64,000 nucleotides of DNA from Candidatus Peribacteraceae bacterium (GCA_040081825.1 JBEBFT010000003.1:17204-81203); one strand, 5' to 3'; shown: positions 44,078 to 54,401, numbered from the stretch's first letter. The notes: generated by a model from the sequence alone, not told the origin. Translations and numbers: made by a program.

Positions 44078-45458
44078 TCTGCGCGTACGGCACCAGTGCA
44101 GTCAGATGCACTGCTCGCAGGATCCATTCCAGAAATGCCCACGTAATGTAGGCGGTAGGCAGTCCAAGTGCAGTGGTGACGAGACTGACGAGTACAGAGA
44201 TCATGCCAGTTGCCATCGCAAGTGGGATGAAGGGCGCGATGAGTATGTTGGTGAGTGGAGAAATCAGTGAGAGTTGCTTGAACGTGAGCGCCGAAACAGG
44301 CAGCGTTGCGATCTGTGCCGCACATGTTGCGATGAGTGAATCCTGGACTCCTAGTGTCTTGGGTACACGTGAAAACATACGTCCGAGTGGCGCACTGAGG
44401 AGGATGAGCCCGGCAACCGAGAGAAACGACAGCTGCATTCCAGGGTCATGCCACAGGTCCACAGGATCGAGAAGCGTCATGATGGCAGCAGTCCAGAGTA
44501 GTCCGAGGATAGGAATGGTGCTCCGTCCAAGTTGTAGTGCGAGTAGACCGAGTAGACCCATGATCGATGCGCGTACGACCGGTGCGTCTGCACCCGTGAG
44601 CAGCATGTACAGCACGATGCCAATCGAGAGCGGCAGGAATCGTCTCTTCATCGGCATCCACCAGAGAAGTGAAGATGCGATAGCGAGCACGAGTGTCACG
44701 TTGTAGCCAGACACCGCAACAATGTGCGAGGTTCCGGTGACCCGAAACTCCTGGTTTACGTTCTCAGGCAGTCCACTTCTACTTCCCGTGATAAATCCGA
44801 TGAGGAGTGAAGCATGTGGCTCCGGGAGTAACACTTGGATCTGCGTTTCCAGCGCTACTCTGAAGCGAAACAGAAAACGGAAACACTGACTGGTCCACGA
44901 GAGAGGGCGGGCTGCCTCCGCAGACACTGATGCATACGACATCAGCGCATCGATGTGCTGGGTTTTCAGGTACGCCGGATAGTCGAATGTGTCTGCGGCT
45001 TCCGGTGATCGCAGTTTCCCTTCCACTCGCACGCGGTCTCCATACTCGTAGATCGGTGCCCCTGCACCATCCGTGATCTGTACGCGACCCCGCACAGGTG
45101 AGCCATCGATCGTCTCAACCTGAAGCACGTATCTATTATTAGTCGGGCGGATGTCGGGGATCGTATCAACTGTTCCGATAAGTGTGCGCTTCTCATTGGT
45201 ACTAAAGTCTGCGAGTGGTGAGGCTGCGAGATGAGTGTGGATACGGCCGATTGTGCTGAGCCCGAGCACGGTCCCTAAGGTCACAGCACACATCACGAGT
45301 GACACTTTTCTTTTCCAGGGTAAAAATACGAGCAAGGAGAGGATTCCGGTACTCGCGATGATCCACAAATGTACTTCATCAATGGGGATCCATCGACCAA
45401 GGAGTGTGACAGACAGAAATGTACCGATCCCTATCGCGGTGAGATATGCCCTGTTCAT
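44067..45458 (-). CDS. comEC: ComEC/Rec2 DNA-uptake channel (no metallo-beta-lactamase domain)
   Basis: DUF4131-like N-terminus plus the competence domain LLIGFITGSRSGLPENVNQEFRVTGTSHIVAVSGYNVTLV. Start at Met 45458, overlapping the rsmA stop as ATGA. Confidence 0.85.
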   Translation of the reverse strand: MNRAYLTAIGIGTFLSVTLLGRWIPIDEVHLWIIASTGILSLLVFLPWKRKVSLVMCAVTLGTVLGLSTIGRIHTHLAASPLADFSTNEKRTLIGTVDTIPDIRPTNNRYVLQVETIDGSPVRGRVQITDGAGAPIYEYGDRVRVEGKLRSPEAADTFDYPAYLKTQHIDALMSYASVSAEAARPLSWTSQCFRFLFRFRVALETQIQVLLPEPHASLLIGFITGSRSGLPENVNQEFRVTGTSHIVAVSGYNVTLVLAIASSLLWWMPMKRRFLPLSIGIVLYMLLTGADAPVVRASIMGLLGLLALQLGRSTIPILGLLWTAAIMTLLDPVDLWHDPGMQLSFLSVAGLILLSAPLGRMFSRVPKTLGVQDSLIATCAAQIATLPVSALTFKQLSLISPLTNILIAPFIPLAMATGMISVLVSLVTTALGLPTAYITWAFLEWILRAVHLTALVPYAQITW

Positions 45459-46279
45459 GCCGCGGACAAAAACACTGTAGCAAGTGCGACCCATTCATCG
45501 ACTGTGAGTGTCTGTGGTCGTCTGGTGGGTTCGATATTCAGCGAACTCAGCGCATCCATTCCTCCGGGTAGACTGCCGATCGTATTTCTGAGCATTTTAC
45601 GTCGCTCGCGCCCCGCGTGCTTGAGAAGTGTTAGTGCTTTCTCCATAACAGATCGACTCGCCTTCGGCTCGTCGTACAGATCGATGTGTAGCACTGCCGA
45701 ATCGACTTTCGGAGGTGGTAGGAATGCCGCTGGCGGCACCTGCAAAACGAGCGAGGGATGACCGAAGAGCTGCACGAGCAAGGTGAGCACACTTTCGGTT
45801 CCGTCTGACACGATGTTTTCCGCAACTTCACGTTGGATCAGGAGCGTCATGGACGTTGGTCGACGTTTTTCCTCCATCAGAAACCGATGCAAGAGTGGCG
45901 AGGTAATGTGATACGGAATATTGGCGACGATCTTGTATGGATCCTCAGTCGGGAGTGTGCTGTGCAGTGCGTTCCCTTGGATGATGTCTAGATTTTTTGG
46001 ATGCTCGGTAAATTCCTTTAGTAGTGGAGGGAAACGCGGATCGATCTCCACTGCGGTTACGTGCTCTGCTCGATGCACGAGCTCACGTGTCAGAATCCCA
46101 ATGCCGGGACCGATTTCGATCACCTTGTCACGATTGTTCACGTTAGCCGTCTCAACTATTGCTTCCAATGCGTCATCACTCACTAAAAAATGCTGACCCA
46201 AATCCGTCGAAAGACGGATGCCGTGGCCTGCGAGGAAAGACTGGACTTCCTGACGGAGCATGCCTCCAGTATGCCTCAT
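45455..46279 (-). CDS. rsmA: 16S rRNA adenine-1518/1519 dimethyltransferase
   Basis: LGQHFLVSDDALEAIV, VIEIGPGIGILTREL and IVANIPYHITSPLL. Confidence 0.9.
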   Translation of the reverse strand: MRHTGGMLRQEVQSFLAGHGIRLSTDLGQHFLVSDDALEAIVETANVNNRDKVIEIGPGIGILTRELVHRAEHVTAVEIDPRFPPLLKEFTEHPKNLDIIQGNALHSTLPTEDPYKIVANIPYHITSPLLHRFLMEEKRRPTSMTLLIQREVAENIVSDGTESVLTLLVQLFGHPSLVLQVPPAAFLPPPKVDSAVLHIDLYDEPKASRSVMEKALTLLKHAGRERRKMLRNTIGSLPGGMDALSSLNIEPTRRPQTLTVDEWVALATVFLSAA

Positions 46280-46299
46280 TTTTGGTACGCTGTGCGCCC

Positions 46300-47583
46300 G
46301 TGAAGTTCCTGATTCCCCTGATCCTCATTGGAGGGCTCCTTGCCTCACAAATGGTGCTGGCAGCACCTGAACGCGTCCCGTGCTTTACGAGCATTGAGCG
46401 CATCCAGGCTGAGAGACTGGTTGAAAACGGACGCACCGCACAGTGCGACCCCACATTCGTCCCATCCCAAGGCGAGCTTCGTCTCTGTCCTCATTCGCGA
46501 GCACGATCGATTGCACGCAGGGCAATCAGAAAAGACCGATTGCCACTGTGCCTGCCGACAGCATCAGCAACAAAAGAGAGTTCATCTTCCGTTTCTTCGT
46601 CGCTGTCCAGTAGCACGTCTTCTTCTGTTTCCTCTTCATCGTCATCAGCCTCTGCGACTATTGATACACGAGACACAGAGCTCCGTTCGCAGTTACTACT
46701 TCTCGGAGAGGTCAGTCCGATCATCGGTGCTGCCACTATCTTCAGCAATGATGAAGCACTGAACGTCCGTACCGTCACGATCCCTCTCACCAATGCAGTT
46801 CCTACAGTTCAGAGCTTGCTCGTGTATGACGATCAAGGACGGTTACTCGGTCGTGCTGTGCAGACGCCATCCATTTCTGACAAACACTATGTACTGACGC
46901 TGACGCCGGGTACGTACAGCGTTCCGAGACGCGAAAACCGCGGCGTGTACACCCGTGCAGAGTTGCTGTCATTCACCACGGGGGGTCAGTCAGGTACCGA
47001 TATTCAGATCGCTTCGGTTACGATCGCAGGAACAGGGGAGTGGACCAGTCGCAATTACTCGGTGCAGTCCACGACCAACACATTCCCACGTTTTCGTAGT
47101 GCGCGATCTGCGATCATGAGTGTCACCAACCCTCTTTCCATAGCAGCTCCCCTTACTCCCGGCTTACAGCAGGTGATTGGCGCATTCCGTTTCGCGGCAC
47201 GTACCACTGATTCGCAGGCGAAGGTGGAACTATCTAGCATTCAGTTTTCGCTCTCGACCAACAACGTGTCGCTGATGAACGTGCGGCTAGGAGCAGACGG
47301 CACGACTGATCGCGTGGATTGTTCTGTCGGAGCGTCGACAGTTACGTGTAACAGTTTGCCACTCTCACATGGCACGCTCACCGATGCCTTTCGCACACTG
47401 ACACTCTACGGTGACGTGACAGTCACAGGTGGTACGAGTGCTGGGTTGCAACTCAGTCTCAATGAACAAGGCACTGCAACGAGCGCAGGAGCTATCACGT
47501 GGACGGACGGAACGACGACCTTTACGTGGGTACCGCTTGTGGGTGTTGGGGGAGTTGCGAATGGGACGTACTATTCTTATTAG
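46300..47583 (+). CDS. Secreted hypothetical protein with a poly-Ser linker
   Basis: A GTG start gives the signal peptide VKFLIPLILIGGLLASQMVLAAP. SSSSVSSSLSSSTSSSVSSSSSSAS linker, then a beta-rich C-terminal region. Confidence 0.45.
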   Translation: MKFLIPLILIGGLLASQMVLAAPERVPCFTSIERIQAERLVENGRTAQCDPTFVPSQGELRLCPHSRARSIARRAIRKDRLPLCLPTASATKESSSSVSSSLSSSTSSSVSSSSSSASATIDTRDTELRSQLLLLGEVSPIIGAATIFSNDEALNVRTVTIPLTNAVPTVQSLLVYDDQGRLLGRAVQTPSISDKHYVLTLTPGTYSVPRRENRGVYTRAELLSFTTGGQSGTDIQIASVTIAGTGEWTSRNYSVQSTTNTFPRFRSARSAIMSVTNPLSIAAPLTPGLQQVIGAFRFAARTTDSQAKVELSSIQFSLSTNNVSLMNVRLGADGTTDRVDCSVGASTVTCNSLPLSHGTLTDAFRTLTLYGDVTVTGGTSAGLQLSLNEQGTATSAGAITWTDGTTTFTWVPLVGVGGVANGTYYSY

Positions 47584-47584
47584 G

Positions 47585-47670
47585 CGCGAAAGGGTCACCT
47601 ACGGTGTCCCTCTCGCGGACTCACCCTTCCCTTATTTGTGGCACTCAGACCGGAGCAAGTCCGGTCTTCG
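47585..47670 (-). repeat. Two-hairpin structured element, copy B
   Basis: CGCGAAAGGGTCACC-tac-GGTGTCCCTCTCGCG (47585-47617) and AGACCGG-agcaagt-CCGGTCT (47647-47667). Both stems differ from copy A by paired substitutions. Confidence 0.6.
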
Positions 47671-47738
47671 TGCGTATTTTTACAGTTTTCCCGCTGAATA
47701 CTTATCTATCACTTCAGCGCGCCTTTCCAAGGCGCATA

Positions 47739-47757
47739 CGCGGCTCGGAGAGCCGCG
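47739..47757. other. Hairpin after the pcrA stop
   Basis: CGCGGCTC-gga-GAGCCGCG, the same arms as the uvrC terminator hairpin. Confidence 0.45.
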
Positions 47758-47766
47758 CTGAGGTGA

Positions 47767-49998
47767 TTAATGTGCGATCTTGATCGGTGCGATGCCGACT
47801 GCCAGCTTTTTCGTCTGGCCGGCGTCGAATTTCACATCGATCACATCTCCGCTGCGCCTGAGTACCGTGCCAATACCGAGTGTTTTGTGCTCGATCCGCG
47901 TTCCTTCTTCTAGTGCATGCTCCAGATGCTCCATCCAGTCCTGGTTTTCATCTTCCGCCTCGAATCCGTGACTGATGCGGGGGCGTGCCACCGGCTTCGG
48001 AGCGGGGGAGTGACTGCTCGCGATCCAGGCGTAGCGACTGGTCATGCTGTCACTCTGCGGTTCGATGACTGCGACTGGCACGTCATCTAAGAATCGGCTT
48101 CTCAGATTTTGCTGTGTGTTACCCCACAGCGTTCTTTGCATTGCATAGAGCAATGTCAGATGTGATTTCGCTCGTGTCATGCCGACGTACATGAGGCGCC
48201 TCTCCTCTTCCAGCTGCTCGCGATCGAAATCCGCCGAACTATGTGGGAGTAGTCCCTCTTCACACCCGACAATCGTGACACGCTCGAACTCCAATCCTTT
48301 GCAGAGATGCAGCGTCATGAGTGTCAGCGCATCGCTTCCTATTCCCACATTATCGGTTTCGGAAATCAGTGATACTTCTTCCAGGAAACTCATGAGTGAT
48401 TCCTGTGGCAACAGGTGATCGTACTTCTTTGTCACGGAGAGCAGTTCCTGCACGTTCTCCCAACGCGTCTCGCCTTCTTCAGTGTCATCTCGCAGCCATG
48501 ACTCAAGACCGATGTCATGGATGATGACGCGCGTGAGTTCGCCTACCGTGTGCGTCTCCGCCTTGGCGCGGAATTGCACGATTTTCTCGCGGAAGTCACT
48601 GAGCCTGCGTATTGTGGGTTCATTCAGTTCCGGAATCGACGCCACTTCGCCAAGCGATCCCCAGAGCGAGATCGCACGATCGTTTGCGAATTGCTGCAGC
48701 TTCTCGAGCGTCGTCGCACCGATCTTTCTGGATGGCACGTTGATGATTCTGAGTAAGGCAATCGTATCCTGCGGATTCTGCACGAGCGAAAGATAGGCGA
48801 GCACATCTTTCACTTCTCTACGTGCGTAAAATTTCACTCCTCCGATAATGCGATACGGTACACCCGCGCGCATGCATGCTTCTTCCAGCAGACGTGACTG
48901 CGCATTCGTGCGGTAGAGAACGACCTGATCTTGTAACGGGATAGCGTTACGCACTTGTTGTACCGATGCCTCAACTGCGAGCTCGGCTTCGCGGCGTTCG
49001 TCCGATACTTCACGCACCAGTACCTTTGCGCCATCGGTACGATCGGTCCACATCTTCTTCTTCGGACGATTGGGATTCACTTGGATCACTCCGTCTGCTG
49101 CGTCCAGCACTTGCTGCGTTGATCTGTAGTTTCGTTCCAGCTTGATCGCTACGGCATCGCCGTACTCTTTCGTAAAATCCAGAATGTTCCTGATGTCCGC
49201 TCCGCGAAATGCGTAGATGGACTGATCTGGGTCACCAATCACGCACAGGTTACGGTGCTTACCGGCAAGAAGCTGCAGGAGTAGATACTGCACATGGTTC
49301 GTGTCCTGATACTCATCGACGTGTAGGTACTTCCACGTATTCTGATATCGCTCCAGCACCTGAGGGTGACTACGAAACAGGCGCACAGTCAGTAGGAGCA
49401 GGTCATCGAAGTCGACGGCGTTACTGGTTTTCAGCATCTCGTTATAGGTCTGATAGACAGCGACGATTTTCAGTTCATCACCCGAGACTGCTTTCACTTT
49501 GGCTTCACTGGGCTCTATCGCTTCGGATTTATATCGACTGATGTGTCCGAGCGCGGTTTTGGGTTTCATTTCCTCGGGTGCAATCTTATGAAATGCGAGC
49601 GCCTCCTTCATCAGCTTCTCCTGATCGTCCGAGTCGTAGATGACGAAGTCTCGGTTTCGCCCGATGTGTTCGATATCGCGTCTCAGGATCCGTACACAGA
49701 TGGAGTGGAACGTTCCTGATACCGGCAGGTGTGTGGGGTCCGTTCCCTGTTCGCTACTCAGCTTCAGAATGCGTGCAATGCGCTCCTTCAGTTCCTTCGC
49801 GGCACGGTTGGTAAATGTGACTGCCAGAATTTCCCACGGACGAACGCCCTGATTCATCAGGTACGCGATGCGATGCGTAATCGTGCGCGTCTTGCCTGAT
49901 CCCGCACCGGCGAGGATGAGCACGGGTCCATGCAGTGTTTCCACAGCCCGTTTCTGTTCGTCATTGAGGCCGGAGAAGATGGGATCAATTACCTGCAT
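47767..49998 (-). CDS. pcrA: UvrD/PcrA-type ATP-dependent DNA helicase
   Basis: LNDEQKRAVE, AGAGSGKTRTITHR, VDEYQDTN, RNYRST, VLYRTNAQSR and LMTLHLCKGLEF. Confidence 0.9.
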   Translation of the reverse strand: MQVIDPIFSGLNDEQKRAVETLHGPVLILAGAGSGKTRTITHRIAYLMNQGVRPWEILAVTFTNRAAKELKERIARILKLSSEQGTDPTHLPVSGTFHSICVRILRRDIEHIGRNRDFVIYDSDDQEKLMKEALAFHKIAPEEMKPKTALGHISRYKSEAIEPSEAKVKAVSGDELKIVAVYQTYNEMLKTSNAVDFDDLLLLTVRLFRSHPQVLERYQNTWKYLHVDEYQDTNHVQYLLLQLLAGKHRNLCVIGDPDQSIYAFRGADIRNILDFTKEYGDAVAIKLERNYRSTQQVLDAADGVIQVNPNRPKKKMWTDRTDGAKVLVREVSDERREAELAVEASVQQVRNAIPLQDQVVLYRTNAQSRLLEEACMRAGVPYRIIGGVKFYARREVKDVLAYLSLVQNPQDTIALLRIINVPSRKIGATTLEKLQQFANDRAISLWGSLGEVASIPELNEPTIRRLSDFREKIVQFRAKAETHTVGELTRVIIHDIGLESWLRDDTEEGETRWENVQELLSVTKKYDHLLPQESLMSFLEEVSLISETDNVGIGSDALTLMTLHLCKGLEFERVTIVGCEEGLLPHSSADFDREQLEEERRLMYVGMTRAKSHLTLLYAMQRTLWGNTQQNLRSRFLDDVPVAVIEPQSDSMTSRYAWIASSHSPAPKPVARPRISHGFEAEDENQDWMEHLEHALEEGTRIEHKTLGIGTVLRRSGDVIDVKFDAGQTKKLAVGIAPIKIAH

Positions 49999-50018
49999 TG
50001 TTGAGAGATTAGCGGAGA

Positions 50019-50078
50019 AATTGATAATTAATAATGAACAATGAATAATTATTCATTATCAATTATTCATTATTCATT
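50019..50078. repeat. AT-rich heptad palindrome, AATTGAT/AATGAAT family (copy b)
   Basis: AATTGAT AATTAAT AATGAAC AATGAAT - AATT - ATTCATT ATCAATT ATTCATT ATTCATT. The arms match at 24 of 30 positions. 50049-50071 is identical to 28920-28942. Confidence 0.7.
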
Positions 50079-51247
50079 CAAAGTAGTTTCTGACTCATTG
50101 CTTTCTCTGCTGCTTCAATCATGTTCTTTCCAATCGATGCTTTGGGAGCAGCCAGCGAAGCGATCTCGGCATTCTGCTCGGTCAGACTCTGCGCAATGCG
50201 TTTGATGTCCGATGGAGCAAGAGCGGCGAGTTTCTTCTCGCTTCGTTTCTGATCGACTTCGGCTGCTAGTGACGGATCGGTCCTTGCAACACGTTCCAAT
50301 GTCTCTGCACCCATCTTGGTGAGGATCAGCTCATGAGCGTTGCGATAGCTGATGTGGGTCGCGAGTTCTGCCAGCATGTTGATGATGTTCTCGCGCTTCT
50401 GTGGATCGAGTGTTTCTGCAAGTTCATACGTCGAGATACGCTTGAGTGAAGAGAGAATAGGAGCCAGCGCTTCCTGTGACACGACGTAGAAGTAGTACTG
50501 ATCGACGGGGAAGATCAGTTTTTTGAGTTCTGAAATGGCTTCAGTTGGCACGACCAAGAACACGTGTGGATAAATCTGATCGTTCTTCTTGATCTTTGCT
50601 GCAGTTTTTTTCACCTGTTCATCGATGTACGTCTGCAGGCTCTGCGCTTTGCTGACTTTCGCATCGAAGATGACGTACTGCCCCAGGAAATCGATCAGGA
50701 AATCAGGTTTCAGGCTGCCGTCGAAATCATCAGGCAGTTTGTTATTGGAGTACGTCGTGAATTGTAGGTGCGGCTGCTTGCAGAGATCAGAAAGGAGAGC
50801 GATGACAGTGTTTTCATGATCATTCCACAGTCGATCGCGTTCGGCATCGGCTGCAGTGCGCGCCCGCTCTTCATCCTTAATCACGCGCTGCCTCTCTTTC
50901 TCCAGTGCTCTCTCTGCATTCTCTAGCTTCTGCACCATGTCACGATGTTCCTTCTCTCGATGTTCAGCGGATGTTTCAAACTTTGTGATCGTCTTCTGTA
51001 GTCCATCTCGCTCTTTGATGGTCGCTTTGTACTCCGATTCCAGATTCTTGAACTGACTAAAGAGCTCCTTTCCTTTTCCTGCGAGCTCATTTCGTTCGCG
51101 CTTCTCTTGGTCTAGTTCTTTTCTTAGGCTCGCGACTTCAGCACTGAGATCCGGAGCAGAGGAAGGTGAACGTCGTAGCTGCAGCAGTACAGTTAATCCA
51201 AGACCGAGGAGAACGATGATGCCGAAGGCGATCTCGAATGGAGTCAT
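50078..51247 (-). CDS. rmuC: DNA recombination protein RmuC
   Basis: N-terminal TM and a long coiled coil, then PDFLIDFLGQYVIFDAKVS and YPHVFLVVPTEAI, which match RmuC nuclease-domain blocks. Confidence 0.7.
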   Translation of the reverse strand: MTPFEIAFGIIVLLGLGLTVLLQLRRSPSSAPDLSAEVASLRKELDQEKRERNELAGKGKELFSQFKNLESEYKATIKERDGLQKTITKFETSAEHREKEHRDMVQKLENAERALEKERQRVIKDEERARTAADAERDRLWNDHENTVIALLSDLCKQPHLQFTTYSNNKLPDDFDGSLKPDFLIDFLGQYVIFDAKVSKAQSLQTYIDEQVKKTAAKIKKNDQIYPHVFLVVPTEAISELKKLIFPVDQYYFYVVSQEALAPILSSLKRISTYELAETLDPQKRENIINMLAELATHISYRNAHELILTKMGAETLERVARTDPSLAAEVDQKRSEKKLAALAPSDIKRIAQSLTEQNAEIASLAAPKASIGKNMIEAAEKAMSQKLL

Positions 51248-51284
51248 GCGCTCATGCTAGCACAGGGTGGACGATTGTCCACTA

Positions 51285-51503
51285 TTAACGATGACCTAGC
51301 TCTTCAAAGGGGAGCTCAATATCATGTTCATTTGCAATAGTACTTAGAACGAGATCTATTTCGGTGCGACCTTTCGTCCCTGCTTCGATGATTCGAAGCC
51401 GTGCTGCATGCTGATCAGCAGATGTCACATTTGCTTCAGAGAGCGTGACAACGACTTTATCGGCAATTTCTGTTGTAGATCCTGGAAGACGAAAACGACT
51501 CAT
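51285..51503 (-). CDS. Hypothetical small protein
   Basis: 72-aa ORF with no motif. Confidence 0.3.
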   Translation of the reverse strand: MSRFRLPGSTTEIADKVVVTLSEANVTSADQHAARLRIIEAGTKGRTEIDLVLSTIANEHDIELPFEELGHR

Positions 51504-51592
51504 AGACTACTATCGTACACTCACTTCTATTGATGTCAAATTTTCTACACTTCCTTTCATTATCATTTAAATACCTGATTCAAGCCCCAGAC

Positions 51593-51620
51593 TTGACATT
51601 TTACGAGACGCGAGTACACT
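51593..51620 (+). promoter_or_regulatory. Candidate rpsO promoter
   Basis: TTGACA, 16 nt, then TACACT. It leaves a GC-rich leader of about 80 nt before the rpsO ATG. Confidence 0.35.
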
Positions 51621-51703
51621 TCCCCGGCTGCCGCGCTTCTCTGAGAGGGTCTTTCCCCAGCGAGGCTCGGAACTTCTTTTCTGGCGGCGGCACCCCCACT
51701 TCT

Positions 51704-51973
51704 ATGGCTCTTAAGAAAGCATCCAAGACCAAGATCATCGGAAAGTTTCAGACCCACAAAAAGGACACTGGCTCTCCACAAGTACAGGTTGGCATTCTGA
51801 CGAAGCGTATCGATCAGGTGACCAAGCACCTTAAGGATCATAAGAAAGACAACTCTGCTCGTCGCGGACTGCTCGCAATGGTTGCTACACGCCGCAAACT
51901 GCTCACGTATCTGAAGATGAATGAGCCAAAGCAGTACGACAAGCTCCTGAAGGGCTTGAAGATGGATGCGTAA
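51704..51973 (+). CDS. rpsO: Ribosomal protein S15
   Basis: GSPQVQVGILTKRIDQVTKHLKDHKKDNSARRGLLAMVATRRKLLTYL. Start at ATG 51704. Confidence 0.9.
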   Translation: MALKKASKTKIIGKFQTHKKDTGSPQVQVGILTKRIDQVTKHLKDHKKDNSARRGLLAMVATRRKLLTYLKMNEPKQYDKLLKGLKMDA

Positions 51974-52059
51974 GCGGTCAATGACTCCGCGAGCGAGTTT
52001 GTGTTGATGGGTGGTTTGCTGTACTATTACCACACGCTCCTTCCACACTCATCGGATTC

Positions 52060-52122
52060 TTGATTGGATTTACATATGAGTGCCGCTAATGCGGTATTGA
52101 TATCTACATCCAACCCAATCAA
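52060..52122 (+). other. Long imperfect hairpin in the pnp leader
   Basis: TTGATTGG (52060-52067) pairs with CCAATCAA (52115-52122). The helix continues, with several mismatches and G-U pairs, to the apical CCGC-taat-GCGG. Confidence 0.4.
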
Positions 52123-52178
52123 CAAAGAGTCCACCTGCGTGCGGAAGGTTGCGAACTATTCGCTTACCCTTCCTTATT

Positions 52179-54401
52179 ATGAAAGAATATTCACTTACCC
52201 TCGGTGACGCACCGTTGATTGTCAAAACTGGACAGCTCGCCACACAGGCGAATGCGTCGGTTATTTGTCAGATGGGCGACACGGTCGTCCTCGGCAACTG
52301 CACAGTCTCACGCAAGGCACGCGACGGCGTCGACTTCCTGCCACTGCAGGTTGTCTATCAGGAAAAATACTACGCCGGAGGCAAGATCGCCGGTTCCAGA
52401 TTCCGCAAGCGCGAGGGTCGTCCATCCGATGACTTCGTTCTTCTCGCTCGTGTCATCGATCGCGGACTCCGTCCGATGTTCCCCAAGTACCTCCGCAATG
52501 ACATTCAGGTATTTGCAACTGTCCTCTCGTACGATTTCGAGAATGAGCACGATATCGCAGCAGCAAACGCTGCGAACCTAGCATGTGCACTCTCCGATTG
52601 TCCTGTGGACGGTCCACTCGGCACCGTTCGTGTGGGTCTTATCGGTGGAGAGCTGGTCCTCAACCCTTCAATGGAAGCGAGAAAAAAGTCCGATCTCGAC
52701 ATGTTCGTGACGGCTTCTCTCGAGCGTATCGTGATGATCGAAGCAGGTGCCAATCAGGTTCCTGAAGAGGAGATCCTCCGTGCCATCGACTTCGGTAAGA
52801 AGTGGGCACAGAAAATCGCTAAGTTCTTCGAGGGCATCCAGAAAGAAATCGGCAAAAAGAAGTTCGAAGTCGAAAAGCCTTTCAGTTTAAACGATGCTGA
52901 CTGTGCACACCTCGAGTCATGGGCGAAGCCCACTGTCACCAAAGCGATCAAGGACAAGCTCGGGAAACTGGAGCGACGTGCAATTTTCAACGGTCTGATG
53001 GACGATGCTGCTGCGAAGCTGGAGGAGAAGAACGGACCTGCAGGCGATGATGAGTATCTGACGAGTGCCTACGCAAAGGCCAAGGATTGCGTGGACAAGG
53101 TCATCAAGAATGAAATGCGACGACTCATTCTGGAAGAAGGAATCCGCATGAGCAGCCGCAAGGTCGATGAAATTCGTGAACTCTCAGCTATCGTTGAGAT
53201 TTTGCCGAAGCGCGTTCACGGTTCTGCATTGTTCCAGCGTGGCGAGACACAAGGACTCACGACTTGCACACTCGGTTCACCGGGCAGCAAGCAGCTCGTC
53301 GAAGGAATGGAAGGTGAGCATGAACTTCGCTACATGCATCACTACAACTTCCCACCATTCTCCGTTGGTGAGACCAGCAACCGACTCTTCGTCGGTAACC
53401 GCGAGATCGGACACGGGAATTTGGCACAGCGCGCTCTGGAGCCAGTACTGCCAGATGCTGAGAAATTCCCATACACGATTCGCACTGTGACCGAGATCCT
53501 GGAAAGCAACGGTTCATCGTCCATGGCGGCGACATGTGGATCGACATTGGCTCTGATGGACGCAGGTGTACCGATCTCTGCACCAGTATCGGGTATTGCA
53601 CTCGGATTGATAGCCGATGAAGAAAAGGGAAAGTACATCATTCTCTCTGATCTTCAGGACGAGGAAGACTTCGGAGGAGACATGGACTTTAAACTTGCAG
53701 GCACTGCCAAGGGTGTCACTGCGATTCAGATGGATATCAAGATCAAGGGTCTGCCAGACTCTGTCTTCAAAGACGCATTGGAGCGCTCCAAGACCGGACG
53801 CGCAACGATCCTAGCTGCGATGCTGAAGGGTATTGCAGAGCCACGTGCAGAACTCTCGCCATACGCACCGCGTATCGAGACGATTCACGTCAACCCAGAG
53901 GATATTCGCCTTGTGATCGGTAAGGGTGGCGAGACGATTCAGAAAATCACAAAGGAATTGAACGTTGAGATCGATATCGAAGATTCTGGACTGGTATTCG
54001 TCACTGCTCCAGATGGCGACACAATGAACAAGGCCAAGGAATGGATTCTCGGCATCGTCGAGAAGCCAGAGGTTGGCAAAGTCTACGACGCGACGGTCAC
54101 GCGCATCATTGATGGTACGGGTGCGATCGTCGAATTTGCACGCGGCAAGGATGCGATGATCCACATCTCAGAGTTGCAGTGGGCACGTACGGAGAAAGTC
54201 GAAGATATCCTGAAAGTAGGCGACAAAATCCAGGCGAAGTGTGTCGAGTTCGATGCCGCTGAAGGCAAGACGCGACTCTCGCTCAAGCAGATGACTGAGC
54301 CACCTGCAGGATGGACACCGCCACCACCACGAACAGGAGGTTTCCGAAGCGGCCCACCACGCCACGGAGGCGGAGGGTTCAATCGTGGACCACGACGTTA
54401 G
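52179..54401 (+). CDS. pnp: Polyribonucleotide nucleotidyltransferase (PNPase)
   Basis: Two RNase PH domains (FLPLQVVYQEKYYAGGKI; GSSSMAATCGSTLALMDAGVP), KH (IGKGGETIQKI), S1, and a Gly/Arg/Pro tail. Start at ATG 52179. Confidence 0.95.
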   Translation: MKEYSLTLGDAPLIVKTGQLATQANASVICQMGDTVVLGNCTVSRKARDGVDFLPLQVVYQEKYYAGGKIAGSRFRKREGRPSDDFVLLARVIDRGLRPMFPKYLRNDIQVFATVLSYDFENEHDIAAANAANLACALSDCPVDGPLGTVRVGLIGGELVLNPSMEARKKSDLDMFVTASLERIVMIEAGANQVPEEEILRAIDFGKKWAQKIAKFFEGIQKEIGKKKFEVEKPFSLNDADCAHLESWAKPTVTKAIKDKLGKLERRAIFNGLMDDAAAKLEEKNGPAGDDEYLTSAYAKAKDCVDKVIKNEMRRLILEEGIRMSSRKVDEIRELSAIVEILPKRVHGSALFQRGETQGLTTCTLGSPGSKQLVEGMEGEHELRYMHHYNFPPFSVGETSNRLFVGNREIGHGNLAQRALEPVLPDAEKFPYTIRTVTEILESNGSSSMAATCGSTLALMDAGVPISAPVSGIALGLIADEEKGKYIILSDLQDEEDFGGDMDFKLAGTAKGVTAIQMDIKIKGLPDSVFKDALERSKTGRATILAAMLKGIAEPRAELSPYAPRIETIHVNPEDIRLVIGKGGETIQKITKELNVEIDIEDSGLVFVTAPDGDTMNKAKEWILGIVEKPEVGKVYDATVTRIIDGTGAIVEFARGKDAMIHISELQWARTEKVEDILKVGDKIQAKCVEFDAAEGKTRLSLKQMTEPPAGWTPPPPRTGGFRSGPPRHGGGGFNRGPRR

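Noticed and set aside
47631-47641. TATTTGTGGCA shared between copy B of the two-hairpin element and the tRNA-Glu(UUC) 3' flank (42873-42883), as evidence of a third tRNA-end scar
   Set aside because: It is only an 11-mer. It falls in the least conserved segment of the A/B alignment, and the orientation is inconsistent with that alignment. It could be chance.
50043-50054. GAATAATTATTC at the centre of the pcrA-upstream palindrome as a LexA (GAAC-N4-GTTC-type) box
   Set aside because: It does not match the consensus at the critical C/G positions. The uvrC-upstream copy lacks the same core, and no lexA gene is seen here. It is kept only as a generic shared-operator hypothesis.
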